Part shown: in pieces, positions 38,791 through 53,023 of the stretch | Position numbering within the stretch: the first letter of the stretch is position 1 | Layout: each line of letters starts with the position of its first letter | Assembly: GCA_964016885.1 (NCBI GenBank) | Contig: OZ024740.1 | Location: 119,722,001-119,786,000 of the forward strand | Length of the DNA: 64,000 bases | Source: Eledone cirrhosa | Taxonomy: Eukaryota | Direction of reading: 5' to 3' | Notes under the pieces: generated by a model | Seen by the model: the letters and a program-made list of their open reading frames with translations, nothing else | Told to the model about the DNA's origin: nothing | The model's database searches: none | Translations under genes and position numbers: made by a program

Positions 38791-40808
38791 TCAAATAGTG
38801 GTTCTATATAAATATAAATTTATGTATGTCACATGTCACAATACATCCATATTTTTCATATCTTTCATATATATATGTATTATAAATGTATCATAGATAT
38901 GTGTATGTGTGTTTATGTATGTGCATGTGTAAGTATATATGCATACATAATTATGTATGCAAAAACACATATAGAGATGGGTAAATAGATTATTTACATT
39001 GACGTATTACATATATATTCTATTGGAACAGTTCTTAGAAATAAGCTAATAACTCTTCTTGTGTTATACTAGAACTGTGAACACTGACATAACTTAAAGG
39101 ATTGTATATTGTGAGAAATTATTCCAAAATGTAATTATTCTCTGTAACTGAAGGAATTCTATCAGATGTTTGTGTTAATAATTGTTTGGCATATTCTGTC
39201 GAAATCTTTAGATTTTCTTGAATAATAAAAGATACTTATATATATACATACTACACAATATTATTTACTTAACCTGTTGTGCTCAGGAAGGAAGTAGTTC
39301 TTATGTATTATGAAATATAATATTATTATTTATGGATATTATAGGCATTACACCATGAACATTGTATTAATTATTTGTACATGCATATGTATGTGTGGTT
39401 AATATGTGCTCATAGGTTCTCATGTTGTTGCTGCTGTTCATGTTCAACCATATTTTTTTTATTATTATACTTCCATTCATCCATAGCATACTTTATTATG
39501 AATTTTAAATTGACTGGAGTACTTGTCAAGTAGTTTATTGTATGAACCCTGGAAGAATGAAAGGCAAAGTCCACATTGGTGAGACTTGAGATCAGAACAT
39601 AAAGAACATATCTAAATAGCAGAGATATTATCGAATGGTACAAAGTTTGTGACCTAACATTCATTTCTAGAAGTAGCAATACAATGTATTTATGAATGAA
39701 TAAATATATTGAGTTATATGTATTTATGAGATATAAACTGTTGGTGGTAAATCCTTTAGAAGCTTTCATCTTCATCTTCAGAGCTTTTTTTTTTTATTGT
39801 GTGAAATAGGCTCAAATAATATTTTTAAATGGCTTAGAAGAGAAAAGATAGTACCCATGACCCTTTCTAAGAACACTAAGAAGTTACCTTCTGACTGAAG
39901 GCCTGGCCTAAGCATTTGAAATAGAGTGAATTCATCATAATGCACTCAAAGACCAGCTTCATTTGAAAGTGGGCAACAGCCTAAGTGTATTACCCAAGAA
40001 AAAGAACAGTTCATTCGATGAGCGCCCATACAATTTCATCAGTCTGTCAATTTTCACTCCTAAGCTTTTTGTCAACGTAACTGTAGGTTAGTGGGACCTA
40101 ATGCAAAACTATGCAGTTTCAAATCAATAAGACTTCTAAGCCACACAACTATGTCAGCAGCAATAATATACCTTTAAAAAAAAAAAAAGAAATTAGATTG
40201 CATACAAAAAGTGTATCTTGAGTACAAGAGAACATGTTACAAATTACATGGTTAAGAATAATATTTTCATCATAGTGTGTTTATATAACCAATATCTTTA
40301 CAAAATGATTTAGTTTATAATAATAGTAGTTTAGCATTGACAGTCCTTTAATATATAACGAACTTAGAAGGTGATGATTTGTCAGAAACAACAGACTGAT
40401 AAAATATTATGAATATATAGTCTGATTTAAGTTCTTTCTTGAATTCAGATCCCACCAGGGTACACTTGGCCTTTCATTACTTAGGTTTTATTAAATAAGT
40501 GCCATTTAAATATATTGGTGTTGAGACAGTAGATGCTACACATTCTCAATGAAAATTGGCCGCCTTGTGTCAATGAAAATCAATAATTATACATTAGATA
40601 ACTGAAACTCTAATCCAAGGAAACGGTGGTTGTCTGAGCCAGCAAATAGTAATACAAAAATGTATTCCACTTTATGAACTGGTTCAGGTAGTTTGGTAGT
40701 TCACTACATTCCTTTAGCTTCATATAATAACTATTATATTATACTTAAAATGTTTAATGCTTATCATATATAATGTTTAATAACAAATACGTTTTCTATA
40801 TATTTTGT

Positions 40809-41493
40809 TTAACCCTTTCATTGTCATATTTCTAATGAAAGATGCTGTCAATAATTTTCAAAATATTTCTGAGAATAATCAAGAATTGAAAGGGATTTAA
40901 TAATATACCTAACATTATCAGTATTAAATTGGTATTTGGAATAATACTTAAGAAAGTTTCTTATTTCAGAATTATAATGGAAGGCTTTTAGACAAATATT
41001 TGAGGGTCAGCTGAAAAGTTAATAGGCTAACTAAGATACACTCATGGAATGCAACTAAATGAAGTTTAATTTTCAACATAGTCTGCCTTGCAGTTCACAC
41101 ACTTCTTCCATCAGTGTTGCAGTAAGGATCCCATTAGTGAACAAATTTTCATCCTGTCACAACCATGTCAGCATGAATATCCTTGGAAGATAAATCTTTT
41201 TTCTGCAGATACTTTATAAGGCTGCGATGCCAAACTTTGTGCATTTTCAAGAGAATTAGGCTACTAGTTACTTTTGAAGTCTTTTTTGAACAAGCAGGTG
41301 TTAGTTTATCTGAAAAGAAACAATACAGTTATTAATGACGCAAGATTTCACAGTTCTAGCCTCAGTTCTAGCCTCACTTCTTCATAGTCATCCTATGTAA
41401 TTTGCCACCCACTCTCATAAGCACTTTAAAACAAACAGCATTGTATTGTAGAACTAGAGATTGTTTCAGGTGGTTTAGTATCAAGAGGATTAA
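40809..41493. mobile_element. piggyBac-like MITE (TTAA-CCCT.. ends) interrupted by a mariner
   Basis: TTAACCCTTT at the left end and AGAGGATTAA at the right. The MITE sequence resumes at ~41420 after the mariner. Confidence 0.5.
41000..41400 (-). mobile_element. Internally deleted mariner element
   Basis: Minus strand MHKVWHRSLIKYLQKKDLSSKDIHADMV (mariner N-terminus) joined to RWKKCVNCKADYVEN (C-terminus); GAGGGT..AAAAGT terminus. Confidence 0.75.
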
Positions 41494-43881
41494 TACAAAT
41501 TTAGCAGGATTTGATTTCAGAATTGTGAAACATTGAAACGTTGTTAGATATATTTTGTTTTAATCACTTTATTACTACTTTGTGTATACAAGCATAATTG
41601 ACAAAAGCTAGAGACTAAAATCCCAAAAGATATTACTGAATATGATACAGTATACTGGAGCTTCATATATTGCAATTGTAAATATATGAAGAGAGAAAAA
41701 TGAAAGCTATTAAAATGATACTGTGATTAATATTGTATTTGTAAATATGTGTGATATGTAGTAATCACCCTTGAGACTGGATCACACTTTACTATAAATG
41801 TAGTCACTTATTTAAACTTACTGACACAATGTGAATTAAAGTGATATATTGTTGTGATCAAATACATACAAACTTTATGTATAACAAAGCAACAGTTTTA
41901 TGTTGCCAGATAAAATGAAAAGCCTAGAATGTGTTTAAATACTCTGAATGAATTAGATCTGTGAAATGGTCAAAATAGGTAAAGCAGGATGTCATTAGTT
42001 AGAGTGCATTTATATTGGTGTACACACACTGGCACTCAATGACATTAAAGAAATAAAAGATGCTTGGGAGTGTTTTTTTAAAAATGTTGCTTAATAAAGA
42101 GCATAAGTGGAACAATGTGCTTCTGCTCACAGGAGATCAGAATAAGGGCCATCCATAGAAATACTTTTACATACAGTAAACAGATAGAGAAAATATATGG
42201 ACTCATGGCATAGCTTTTGAGTGTGTCAGTGTAATACTAATCATTCAATTTAGTAGATCATGATAATTAGTAAATCAAATAACTGATAATGGTGTTGATA
42301 CCCTAGCTGTAGAATGAGATATTAGATAGAGAAACAATTAGGAGAATAACAGAATGGATAGCATGCTATATTACAAATGAGATTTTGCTAATGATAAGAT
42401 ATTGAATAAAGCTTTTATTAAATCTGGAAAACTTGAGAGAGTTCTCCGACCCTCCTTTCTTAAGCACAACAATAATTTAGCCGTTTACAGCAGGGATGGT
42501 GGATCATTCTAGTATGTAGTGAATTGCATATGTATAACAGCCAGTATTGTGAAAAATATTGGATCTGTTAGTTTACAATATTCAACCTGTTATATCGTAG
42601 TATTGATCCTGTAACTGAAGACCATTTGTTTTCTCAATTAGGTTTTTAGGGATTTTGTCAGAGTAGGATTTCAAATCTTCAAGTGAGGGATTACTTAATA
42701 CTGTCTAAAGATCCAGAAATGTTTAAAGCAAACATGATTTATTCTACTACCAAGCCCCTTGTAAAATATCCTTCCTATTACTTGAACTAATGTTTTTTTA
42801 TTCTATAATCATACTTTGTTGATATCTTTATACATTTTGAAATTAGAAAAATATACATTTCCTCAGTCAATTTTCATCTGCCATAATGGGGTTAATTACT
42901 AAAATATAATACATTACACAATAACAGTATGGTTATATGTCTCAACAAAAACGAAATCTGTGCGTGTCTGTGTTACCATGATTATTATCCATGTAAAAAA
43001 GTTCAGATTTTGTCATATATGAAGTAATATTCAGTCTCCAAGAAATTAAAGCTATCAGTCACTTACCACAATATGTCAGATGTCATGACTCCTAAGATAT
43101 TGGAGCCTGATATTACTTATAAACGAAATAATAGATGCTAGTGGTCAGGACACCAGCTGCTAGTGTATATGTACTTTCAAATTTCAGTTAGTAATTCAAC
43201 TGCTTGGGGTCAAAGAAGCAGTGTTACCTTTTTCATGTTCAGAACAATGTATTTACTTTTTTTCACTCTCAAGTTTATTCTACAAAGCTGTTTATACAAA
43301 AACAAAGCACACTATTAGAGGGAACAAAAGAGAAAAAGAAACATAAGGGGAAAATGTAAAGAAGAAACAGAAAAAAAGAAGCAACGAAAGAAAAAGTGAG
43401 GGGGGGGGGGGCGGGCAGACACTACATCCCAATCTGAGCAGTGCTTCAGTCACGCCCCACGGAAAAAGTAGTAAAAGCATTACATGGAAAATGGCCAGAG
43501 ACATGCACTGCAACAGCTAGCCCAACCTACAGAGCTACCTCCTCAAGAAGACCGCCATCTTTTTTTTATCTATTTACTTACTGAAACATTTATTTCTAGA
43601 ATCGTTTTCCAGTCAAATTCGTCATTAACCAGCCAAACCCTTACATAACCAGTTTCTCAACCCAATTCTTCTTTAATCAATCAAAACCTTACATACCTAA
43701 CTTATGGAAACTTCAGGAAGGAATGGGTTCTTTCCCTCCTACATGAATTTTTTTCGTTCTGTACTCGATGTTTCATACCAATATGGACGGGGGTATTTTT
43801 TAGTGCCTGTACGTTCAAATTCAGTTCCAACTTAGGTTGTGAGGAAAATTTAATACACAGAAACTGCAGATACCTATCACC

Positions 43882-43963
<82 letters not shown>

Positions 43964-44499
43964 AATAAAGTAAGGTGTGCGGGACTCTGTACGGTTTATT
44001 TCTTTTAATCCAGTTAGTACAATAAGTTGGATTACTTTGAATAAATAATGACTGAATATTACATAATTTATGTACTAAATTTCGTAATTGCTTTATTAAA
44101 TTTAATATAAATATTTTTATTGCTTATTTAAAATTGATTTCTTTTCAAAGTTTCAAATTTCTACACTTCTGGTATATCGTCACCACCACCACCACCACTT
44201 CAACTACCATATATATAGAAAGAGAGAGTGCGTGATGAGAGAGATACAGAAAGATAGAGTGATTATAATTTTCAACACGCTGACGCGTATGTGTACATGC
44301 ATACATCTATATGTATGAGTATATAACTATTATGAGTATATAACCATAATCACGCAAACACAAACTTATAAAAATACATGCTCACGGACATACATTCACA
44401 CAAATACACATACTTTCACACATATATATTTACACAAACACACATACAGTCATGATAACAGCATTCGATGAATTGGAAATGGGGGGGGGGGGGGGTAAA

Positions 44500-45220
44500 A
44501 CAAGTATAAGCTTTTATTTATCAACACAGTTTAACTCTATTTTTTTTAAACTCATTGTATAAAAATTTAATATAATGGTTACAGAACGAAAACACTAACA
44601 AATATAATATATACAAAGGAAAGGGAAAGGAAAAAAAGAAAGAGACAAAATACACAAGCACGTAATACACATCTTAGACCACATAGAACAAAAGTCAGGT
44701 GAAAGAGTGGAAAACGAGACGCTACCAGAGCAAAAGAGAGCAATATAGTGAAACCTTTCTAATAATTTCTCTGGGAAACCTCTCTAATAATTTTTGAGGC
44801 AAGCAAGCACGCTCGCAGCGTTACAGGGGTGATGGTGAGGCTGAGGTGCTGGAACATCCAAGTGCCCTCACGAGCATCATCGGTTACCTCTGTTTGGCGA
44901 GCGAGCCGCCAGTGAAGATATAACCTCGCTGTCAGTAGCCTCGAACGCCACAGGCTGGATAATGTTGTTAGTTGACAGAACACGCTGTTTTAGGATTTTG
45001 TTCCGTTCAGCTGCGGGTGTTGTAGCTCTCGCCCTTACTGTTGCATCCAGGATGTGGGAAGAAGCAAAAGAGTCACTAACTGTGACATCCCAGCTAAAGC
45101 ACCTGCCTCTTGACCAGGAGCAGAGAGTAAGACCGACAAGTCTTTACCCTTCAATTCTGGACAACCCAGACAGTTCCAATATTGAGGGGATATTTGCCTG
45201 GGCCAAAGCTCTTGAGTGGT
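44500..45220 (-). mobile_element. CRE-like non-LTR retrotransposon 3' fragment (restriction-like endonuclease)
   Basis: RALAQANIPSILE..G*RLVGLTLCSWSRGRCFSWDVTVSDSFA..AAERNKILK..QPVAFE..WMFQHLSL..NAASVL. Confidence 0.8.
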
Positions 45221-45429
45221 AATAGGACAGTGTGTGTATGTGCAGGCGCGTGATTTTGTCGGAATTCTTAAATTAGAGACATATGTGTGTGTGTTTGTGT
45301 GTGTGTGTCTCACTGTTTTAAAGTTAGAGACATATATGTGTATACCCCTTTCCTTCATTTTACACACACATACATTCACACAAACACACATACATATTGT
45401 GTGATGGACGGGTGGACAGAAGTCCAACA

Positions 45430-46080
45430 AATTTATATACATGTGAATGGAGTTCTACTGAAGCAGTTAGAGAAGTTCAAGTATCTTCGAGCTGTGTTCA
45501 TGAGTGATGGAATGCAGGAAGCTGAATTAAGTGCAAGAATTGCAAAATCTGATGCAGTAATGCGCCAGCCTCAGCATTCAGCAATCAGAAGAGGGGTTAG
45601 GTGTAAAAGCCAAACTTGCTGTCTTCATGGTTTTCCTGCCAACTCTTACCGAGGATCAGGAATCTTGAGTAATGACCAAAAGAATACAATTGCAAATAAA
45701 AGCGGCGGAAATGGAATTCCTCCGAAGGGTCTTTGGAGTAACGTCACTCAATAAAGTGCATAGCTCAGAGACCAGAGGGTCACTCCTGGTAGAGCCGCTA
45801 CTTCTCTGAATTGAGAGATCACAACTCCAATATTATGAGCATATGGTTATAATGTCTCAGTAAGGAATCGCTGGACAGATTTTACAGGCAAAATCAGCAA
45901 GAGACCCAGACATAGACCCTAAGCAAGATAGTTGGATAACATTTATGAGCTTGGCTGGTCACGCTTTGGGATCCAGCTGGATCAGTTAGAGATGTTTGCT
46001 TCTGACAGACTCGCTGGAAGGAATGTTTGAGAAGGACTTGCCCCCACGACCCTCTCAGAAATAAGTGGGCGAAGAAGAAG
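45430..46080 (+). mobile_element. Degenerate 3' fragment of another RTE family
   Basis: LKQLEKFKYL..DG, AAEMEFLRRVFGVT, RPRHRPK..LDNI; ends in (GAA)n. Confidence 0.75.
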
Positions 46081-46439
46081 GAGATATTGTCAATTTACTT
46101 TTCAATTTACATATATATATTTGCGTATACATCTATATGCACACTACATATGCTAGTATATATAATAATATAATAATTGTTTCTACTTTAGGCACAAGGC
46201 CAGCAATTACCCAGTACATTACTGGTACTTTATTTTATCGACCCCGTAAGGATGAAAGGTGAAGTTAACCTTGGCGGGATTTGATATCAGACCGTAAAGG
46301 GACTTAACTATGCTAGAAAGCATGGCGTCCAACCCTCTACCGATACAGCCAATTCACAGAAAGAAAAGGAGTGAGGGAGAGCCATGCTGTCTTCATCTAC
46401 ACCTAACCACTGACGTGAACCTAAACATCGAGTGCTCAA

Positions 46440-49380
46440 CTGGTCGGGTCTTCTGTATGACTGCGTAACGCCAGCAATCTCGCTCCTGTGTCATTGCCTT
46501 TGAGAGGTGCAATTGGGCAAGGTCAGCTTTATCACCTCATTCCAAGCCTTCTTGGGTCTCTCCACTCCAAGGCTTCCTCGACTTTTAGTACTCTGCACCT
46601 TTTTATGCAGCTGTCATCCTTCATACGCATCACATCTCCATACCAACACAACCTCCTCTCCTGCACACAGCATTTGATTCCTCTTATGCTCAGTCTCTCA
46701 ATTTGTTTATGCTTTTCCGTTCGCGTATATTACTATTACACATGCATTGGAGCATGCAAGCTTCGTTTCTTTCTAATCTACGCAAGACTTCTACAAAAAG
46801 TGCCCAGATCTCACTACCATGTAACATTGCTGTACATATGCACGCATCATACAGTCTGCCTTTCATTTTTAGGGAAAAGCCTTTTGCAGCTAGCAGTGGT
46901 AGTAGCTCCCTGATCTTCTTTCACTCCGTTCTTACCCTGGTTACTGTACTTTCAGAACATCTGCCTCCACTGCTAATTCAGTCACCCAGGTAGCAGAAGC
47001 TGTCTACTGTTTCTACCGATCCCTCCCACAGTTTGGTAGTGCTTGTTTCCTGAGGCTGTTTGCTGCTTGCTGTCCCGGTGCAGCTGCTACATGTAAAGCC
47101 TTCATTCTTAACTAAGCTTTCTGAGATCCCACTACATCGCTTGTGTACCCATAGTTTGCATTTGGGGCAGAGGATGGAATTCTACCTACACCTCTCCTAC
47201 ATACTGAGGGGACCTGTGTTCTGTCTTCTCATCTACTTACGAGGACTTTTGTCTTTGTCAGGTTGACTTTCTTGTCCTTGCTTCCATGTTTGGAATTTCT
47301 TCTCTAGTTCTGCCATAGAATCAGCTATAAGTGTACGATCACCTGCCTAGAGAAGTTCCCATGGGTATCCCAACTTAAACTCCTCTGTTATAGTATGTAA
47401 TACTATAGTGTACTGGAGAGGGTTACGAACAGAGCCCTGATGGACACTGATCTATATGCTAAATTCCTCGCTATAGTCATTGTTAACCCTAACTTTGCTG
47501 ACTGCTCCCTTATACATAGCTTATACAGCTTTCACTAGCCATTCATCCACTCCTTGTTTTCTAAGAGCCCACCAGATTGTAACACGAGGAACGCTGTCAA
47601 AGGCATTTTCCAGATCAACAAAGGCCAGGTAGAGCGGCTTACTTTTATCTAGGTACTTTTCCTGTAACTGCCTCACAAGGAAGAGAGCATCAGTGGTGCT
47701 TTTTCCTGGCACAAACCCAAACTGCATCTCATCTAGGTTTACCCGGTCCTTAATCAGTTGTGCTATAACTCTTTCCGTTACTTTCATGAGCTCGTCCATC
47801 AGCTTCAACCTTCATACTTGTAGCAGTTGACAATGATGCTGCTGCACCAATCCTTTAGTATGACATCCTCTAATATTACCTGGTTAACAATATGTCTGGT
47901 TATGGTGTGACCTACCAACCCAGATGCTTTCAGCATCTCGGCAGCCATACCCGATGGACCAGTTGCCTTCCCAGTCTTCATATATTTAATTGCTTTACTT
48001 ACTATGCTGCTGCTGACTTGAATTGCTTGTCCCTCTATAGGGTCCACTTGGGGTAGGGTCTCTTTCTCCCATGCATCCTCCTCATTTAGTAATCTTTCAT
48101 AATGGCTCTTCCAAGCTTCTTTTTTTCTCAGCACTTGTGAGGGCAAGCTCACCTTTATCATTCCGGACACACTTCTCTCCAACGACATCTGAATTTTCTC
48201 TAGCACACTGCCTTGCAATCCTGAACATCTCTTGTTTCTGGTCCTCATGCTGCAAAACATGCTTAAATTTTCTATCCTCTGCTTCCCTTCTACTTGTATA
48301 CTAGTCGCCTAGCTTCCCCCGCTCTTCCATTCTTTCCCAGCCTGTCTCTTAGACTTAATTGCCTCATTTATCTTATCATTCCACCACCAAGTCACTCTCC
48401 TGCTTCCTGTAGTTGTGCTCCAACCACAAATCTCATCTGTCACCTTTAGTAAGTTTTTTTTTAGGAACTCCCAATGCTCTTCTACATTGAATGTCTCTAT
48501 CTGCTCTTCCTTATTTTCATAAGCATCGAGTAAGATATCTTTAAATCTGTTACTGGCTGAGGGGTCTTTCAGCTTTCAGATCTTTCTCTTCCAAGTTGCC
48601 TTCAGTTTCCAAGTAACTCTAGTTCTGACAATGAAGTCGCTGACAACTAAGTTATGTTGGGAGGAACATTCCTCACGAGGGAAGGCTTTTGTTTTTACAA
48701 CCATCCATCTATCTCATCCTCTGATAAGGATAAAATCTATCTGACTAGAATGTTCCCCTGATCTATAGGTGATCAGATGCTTGTCAGATTTTTGAAGTTT
48801 GTGTTACATATCGACATGTCATTGGCGTCACAGAATTCTAGGAGCCTGAAGCCTTTTTCATTTCTTGTGCCAAACCCGTAGCCTCTATGGACTCTATAGA
48901 AGCCATCATGGTGTTTCCCAATGTGTCTGTTAAAGTCTCATGCAATGATTAGGAAGTCATGGTTGTTTGTTAGGGCAGTAGTGTGCATTAAGTACTTGTA
49001 AAACTTATCCTTAAGTTCGTCTGGCAACCTATATTGGGTTGTGTTAGCTGATATAATTGTAGCAATTATTTTATTTAGGACTAGTCTGATTTTAATGATT
49101 CTTGCGTTCATCCTGTTCACTGATATTACCTTATCTACCCATTTGTCAGCTAATAGTATACCTCCACCACCCAACCTGTTGTCATTTCCCACCCAGAAAA
49201 ATTTATAGCACTGATTTTTATCTACAAGGACTCTAGCGGACTCTCCCCTCCATCTAGTCTCTCGCATGCAGCATACATCAATTTCCTTTCACTCTAACAT
49301 CTGTATGATTTCTCCTGCTCTTCCTTTCATTGTGCTTACATTGATTGTGCCAACTCAAGAGTTTTGGGCATTTGCCATGA
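46440..49380 (-). mobile_element. Near full-length, heavily mutated RTE LINE (APE + RT)
   Basis: DVCCMRETRWRGESAR, KATGPSGMAAEML, QFGFVPGKSTTDA, FVDLENAFD fragments with many stops and frameshifts. Confidence 0.9.
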
Positions 49381-49966
49381 CTCATAGGAAAGGGTGAATT
49401 TTTGCGGGGAGTGTGTATGTTTTCTGTTTCTGAAATAAAGCTTCGCATGGGCGCTTGGTAACTCGTGGATTCATATTCATTACTTATTCAGGGTTGTTCC
49501 ATTTTTCTTAGCTCATTCATAGATAACGATAAACAAGAATTCTTTGGTGCAGGGATGGAAAGGATGTTAGTAGTAATGGCAGACTTTGTTGGCGCTGGTA
49601 ATGTGTGAGGATGTTGCTATGGTTTGATTGGTCGAAAAGCCTATGGTGGTGAGTTGGGGTGAGCAGGAAGGAAATTGATAGATAGGTAGCCATCATGGCA
49701 TATATCGTCGCAGACGATTCGGGGGAAATAAGCAGATACAAGCAGGTATATTTGGCAAGGCGAACGTGCGAGAATTTCGAAGGTGGCCACCGCCTAAATG
49801 ATAGATGAATTAGAAATCTTTAAAAAATCCAGAGAAGTTCAAAAGCTGTCAGATTTGTAACACCGAAATGAAGGAATGTGAGAAAGGAATAGAATGGCCT
49901 GGGTTGTGGGATGAGTTCGTAGAGAGATGGGGGGGGGGGAGGGAAATGTCCATATACATATATTAC

Positions 49967-50005
<39 letters not shown>

Positions 50006-50020
50006 TATATATATATATAT

Positions 50021-50363
50021 GGAGGCACATGGCTTGGTGGTTAGAGCATTGAGCTTGCAATCGAAACGTTGTGAGTTGAATTCTCAGACCGGGTGATGTG
50101 TTGTTCACTTGAGCAAGACATTTTATTTCACATTTCTCCAGTTTACTCAGCAGTAGAAATGAGATGATAGGACTGGGGTCTCTATTATTCCACTGCAAAC
50201 TGGTCGTGGAGGTGCCACGGCAAGAAAAGCACCCAGCACTAACTGTAAATGAGGTTGATGTTAGGAAGGGCATCCAGCTGTAGAAATCGAGCCAGAATCA
50301 GTTCCCGTCCCACCCTTGCAAGCAGGGAAAAGCAGACATAAAATGATGATGATGATGATGATG
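50021..50363 (+). mobile_element. tRNA-derived SINE with RTE-derived 3' tail
   Basis: ATGGCTTGGTGGTTAGAG A box, GTTGAATTC B-like box, CTTGAGCAAGACA core; tail gcaagcagggaaaagcagac..(ATG)n matches the RTE end at 18946-19000. Confidence 0.8.
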
Positions 50364-50369
50364 AAATAT

Positions 50370-50401
<32 letters not shown>

Positions 50402-50913
50402 GAAAATATGGGTAAGAAGAATACTGCTGGTTGCACATGGATAACATGTTATAAAATGAGTCCTTCATCAGTGATTTACCAAACGATCATGGGTATTTCA
50501 TCGCATTAAAAATCATATACCTCACGTTGGAGCGATAATAACTAAAATAAGTTATTAGGACAATAGAAACGCGTAAAGCGAGTGAGACAAGTAAACAACA
50601 CAGGGGGAAAGCTAACCGAAGATGGAAATAAACACAAGCAACATAGTTATTCTTTCAGCATAAGCTGTGTGAATATATGAGCGAGTCAGACAACAGACCT
50701 TTCGCTAGTGAATCCGGTGTTAGAAAGAATGAAAACCGTTTTCCCAGCGAACGGGAGGAAGAAAGAAGGGGAGAAACAGGGACTGAGTGAGTGGGAGTGC
50801 GAGGAAGAGGTCATTAGAGAGAAAGAGTTAACTGCCATGGCAGAGGGGACGAAAGAAAGTAAGAGAAAGAGAGAAAACGAGGGAGCAGTAAGAGAGAAAG
50901 AGAGAAACACAGA

Positions 50914-50975
<62 letters not shown>

Positions 50976-50976
<1 letters not shown>

Positions 50977-53020
50977 TGCTCTCACAAATGCTGAGAAGGA
51001 AGATGCGTGGAAGAGCCATTATGATAGATTACTAAATAAGGAGAATGCATTGGAAGAAGAGACCCTACCCCAAGTAGATCCTATAGAGGGGCCAGCAGTA
51101 CAAGTCAGCAGCAGCGTAGTAAGTAAGGCAATCAAAGATATGAAGACGGGGAAGGCAACCGGTCTATCATGTATTGCTGCCGAGATGCTGAAGGTATCTG
51201 GGTCTGTAGGTCACACTATAACCACATGTATTGTTAACCAGGTAATACTAGAAGGTGTCATACCAAAGGATTTGAGCAGTAGCATCATTGTCAACTGCTA
51301 CAAAGGTAAAGGTGATGCACTAGAGAGAGGAAACTATAGAGGTATGAAGCGGATGGACCAGGTCATAAAAGTAACAGAAAGAGTTATAGCACAGTTGATT
51401 AGGGAACGGGTGAAACTAGATGAGATGCAATTTGGTTTTGTGCCAGGAAGAGGCACCACTGATGCCCTCTTCCTTGTGTGGCAGTTACAGGAAAAGTACC
51501 TAGCTAAAAGTAAGCCCCTCTACCTGGCATTTGTCGATCTTGAGAAAGCCTTTGACAGAGTTCCCCTTGCTATAATCTGGTGGGCTCCTAGAAAACTAGG
51601 AGTAGATGAATGGCTTGTGAAAGCTGTACAAGCCATGTATAGGGGAGCAGTCAGCAAAGTTAGGATTAGCAATGAGTATAGCGAGGAATTTAGCGTACAG
51701 GTCGGTGTCCACCAGGGCTCTGTTCTTAGCACTCTTCTGTTCATCATAGTTCTGCAGGCAATAACGGAGAAGTTTAAGACTGGATGCCCATGGGAACTCC
51801 TGTATGCAGATGACCTCACACTTATAGCTGAATCTTTGGTAGAACTAGAATAGAAATTCCAAACTTGGAAGCAGGGACTAGAGAGAAAGGGTCTCAGAGT
51901 CAACCTGACAAAGACTAGTGTCCTTGTAAGTAGACGAGAAAACAGAAACCAGATCCCCTCAGGGAAATGGCCTTGCTCAGTATGTAGGAAAGGTGTAGAT
52001 AGGAACTCCATTCTCTGCTCCAAATGCAAACAATGGGTACACAACAGATGTAGCTACAGATGTAGCAAGGCATGTAGAAACAGCCACAGGAAACAAGTAC
52101 CACCAAACTCTGGGAGGGCTCTTTAGAAACAGTAGACAGCTTCTGCTACCTAGGTGACCGAATTAGCAGTGGGGGTGTGTGTTTGGAAAGTACAATAACT
52201 AGGGTAAGAACGGGATGAAAGAGGTTCAGGGAGCTACTGCCATTGCTAGCTGCAAAAGGCTTTCCCCTCAAAATGAAAGGCAGACTGTATCATATGTGTA
52301 TACAAATAGCAATGTTATATGGTAGTGAGACCTGGGAGCTGTCTGTGGAAGACTTGCGTAGATTAGAAAGAAACGAAGCCTGCATGCTCTGATGGATGTG
52401 TAATAGTAATATACACGAACGGCAAAGCCTAAATGAATTTAGAGAGAGACTGATCATGAGAGGGATCAAATGCTGTGTGCAGGAGAGGAGGTTAGATTGA
52501 TATGGACATGTGATGCGTATGAAGGATGACAGCTGCATAAAAAGGTGCAGAACACTAGAAGTCGATGGAAACTGTGGAGTGGGGAGACCCAAGACGACCT
52601 GGGATGAGGTGATAAAAGCCGACCTTACCCAATTCCACCTCTCAAAGGCCATGGCACACGACCGTGACATCTGGTGTCACGCAGTAATACAGATGACTCG
52701 ATCCCCCCACGGGTACAAGCCGAAGCTGAAGCATATAGAAAATATGCCTCTATACCCTCCCACTGCAAAGGGGTCGTGAAGGTGCCACAGCAAAAAAGCA
52801 CCCAGCCCACACTGTAAAGTGTTCATGTAGGCGCCACGGAAAAAAGCACCCAGCACTCACTGTAAATGAGGTTGGTGTTAGGAAGGGCATCCAGCTGTAG
52901 AAATCAAGCCAGAATCAGTTTCCGTGTGAGCAGACCGGACACTGCCCACAACAGGACAACCCGTCTAACCCATGCTAGCGTGGAAAAACGGACGTAAAAC
53001 GGTGATGATGATAATGATGA
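50976..53020 (+). mobile_element. 5'-truncated RTE LINE, degenerate
   Basis: RT motifs NYRGMK, FVDLEKAFD, GVHQGS, LLYADD; (ATG)n tail at ~53005-53020. Confidence 0.92.
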
Positions 53021-53023
53021 TAT

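Noticed and set aside
43290-43740. Possible L1/Tx1 3' end on the minus strand
   Set aside because: Only compositional resemblance; no diagnostic motif.
50400-50480. Minus-strand CTGATGA-AGGA..TCC
   Set aside because: GAAA and stem III are missing; at best a broken remnant.
50708-50975. N-terminal extension of the 381-aa ORF
   Set aside because: Chance read-through from purine-rich sequence and (TA)n into a 5'-truncated RTE.
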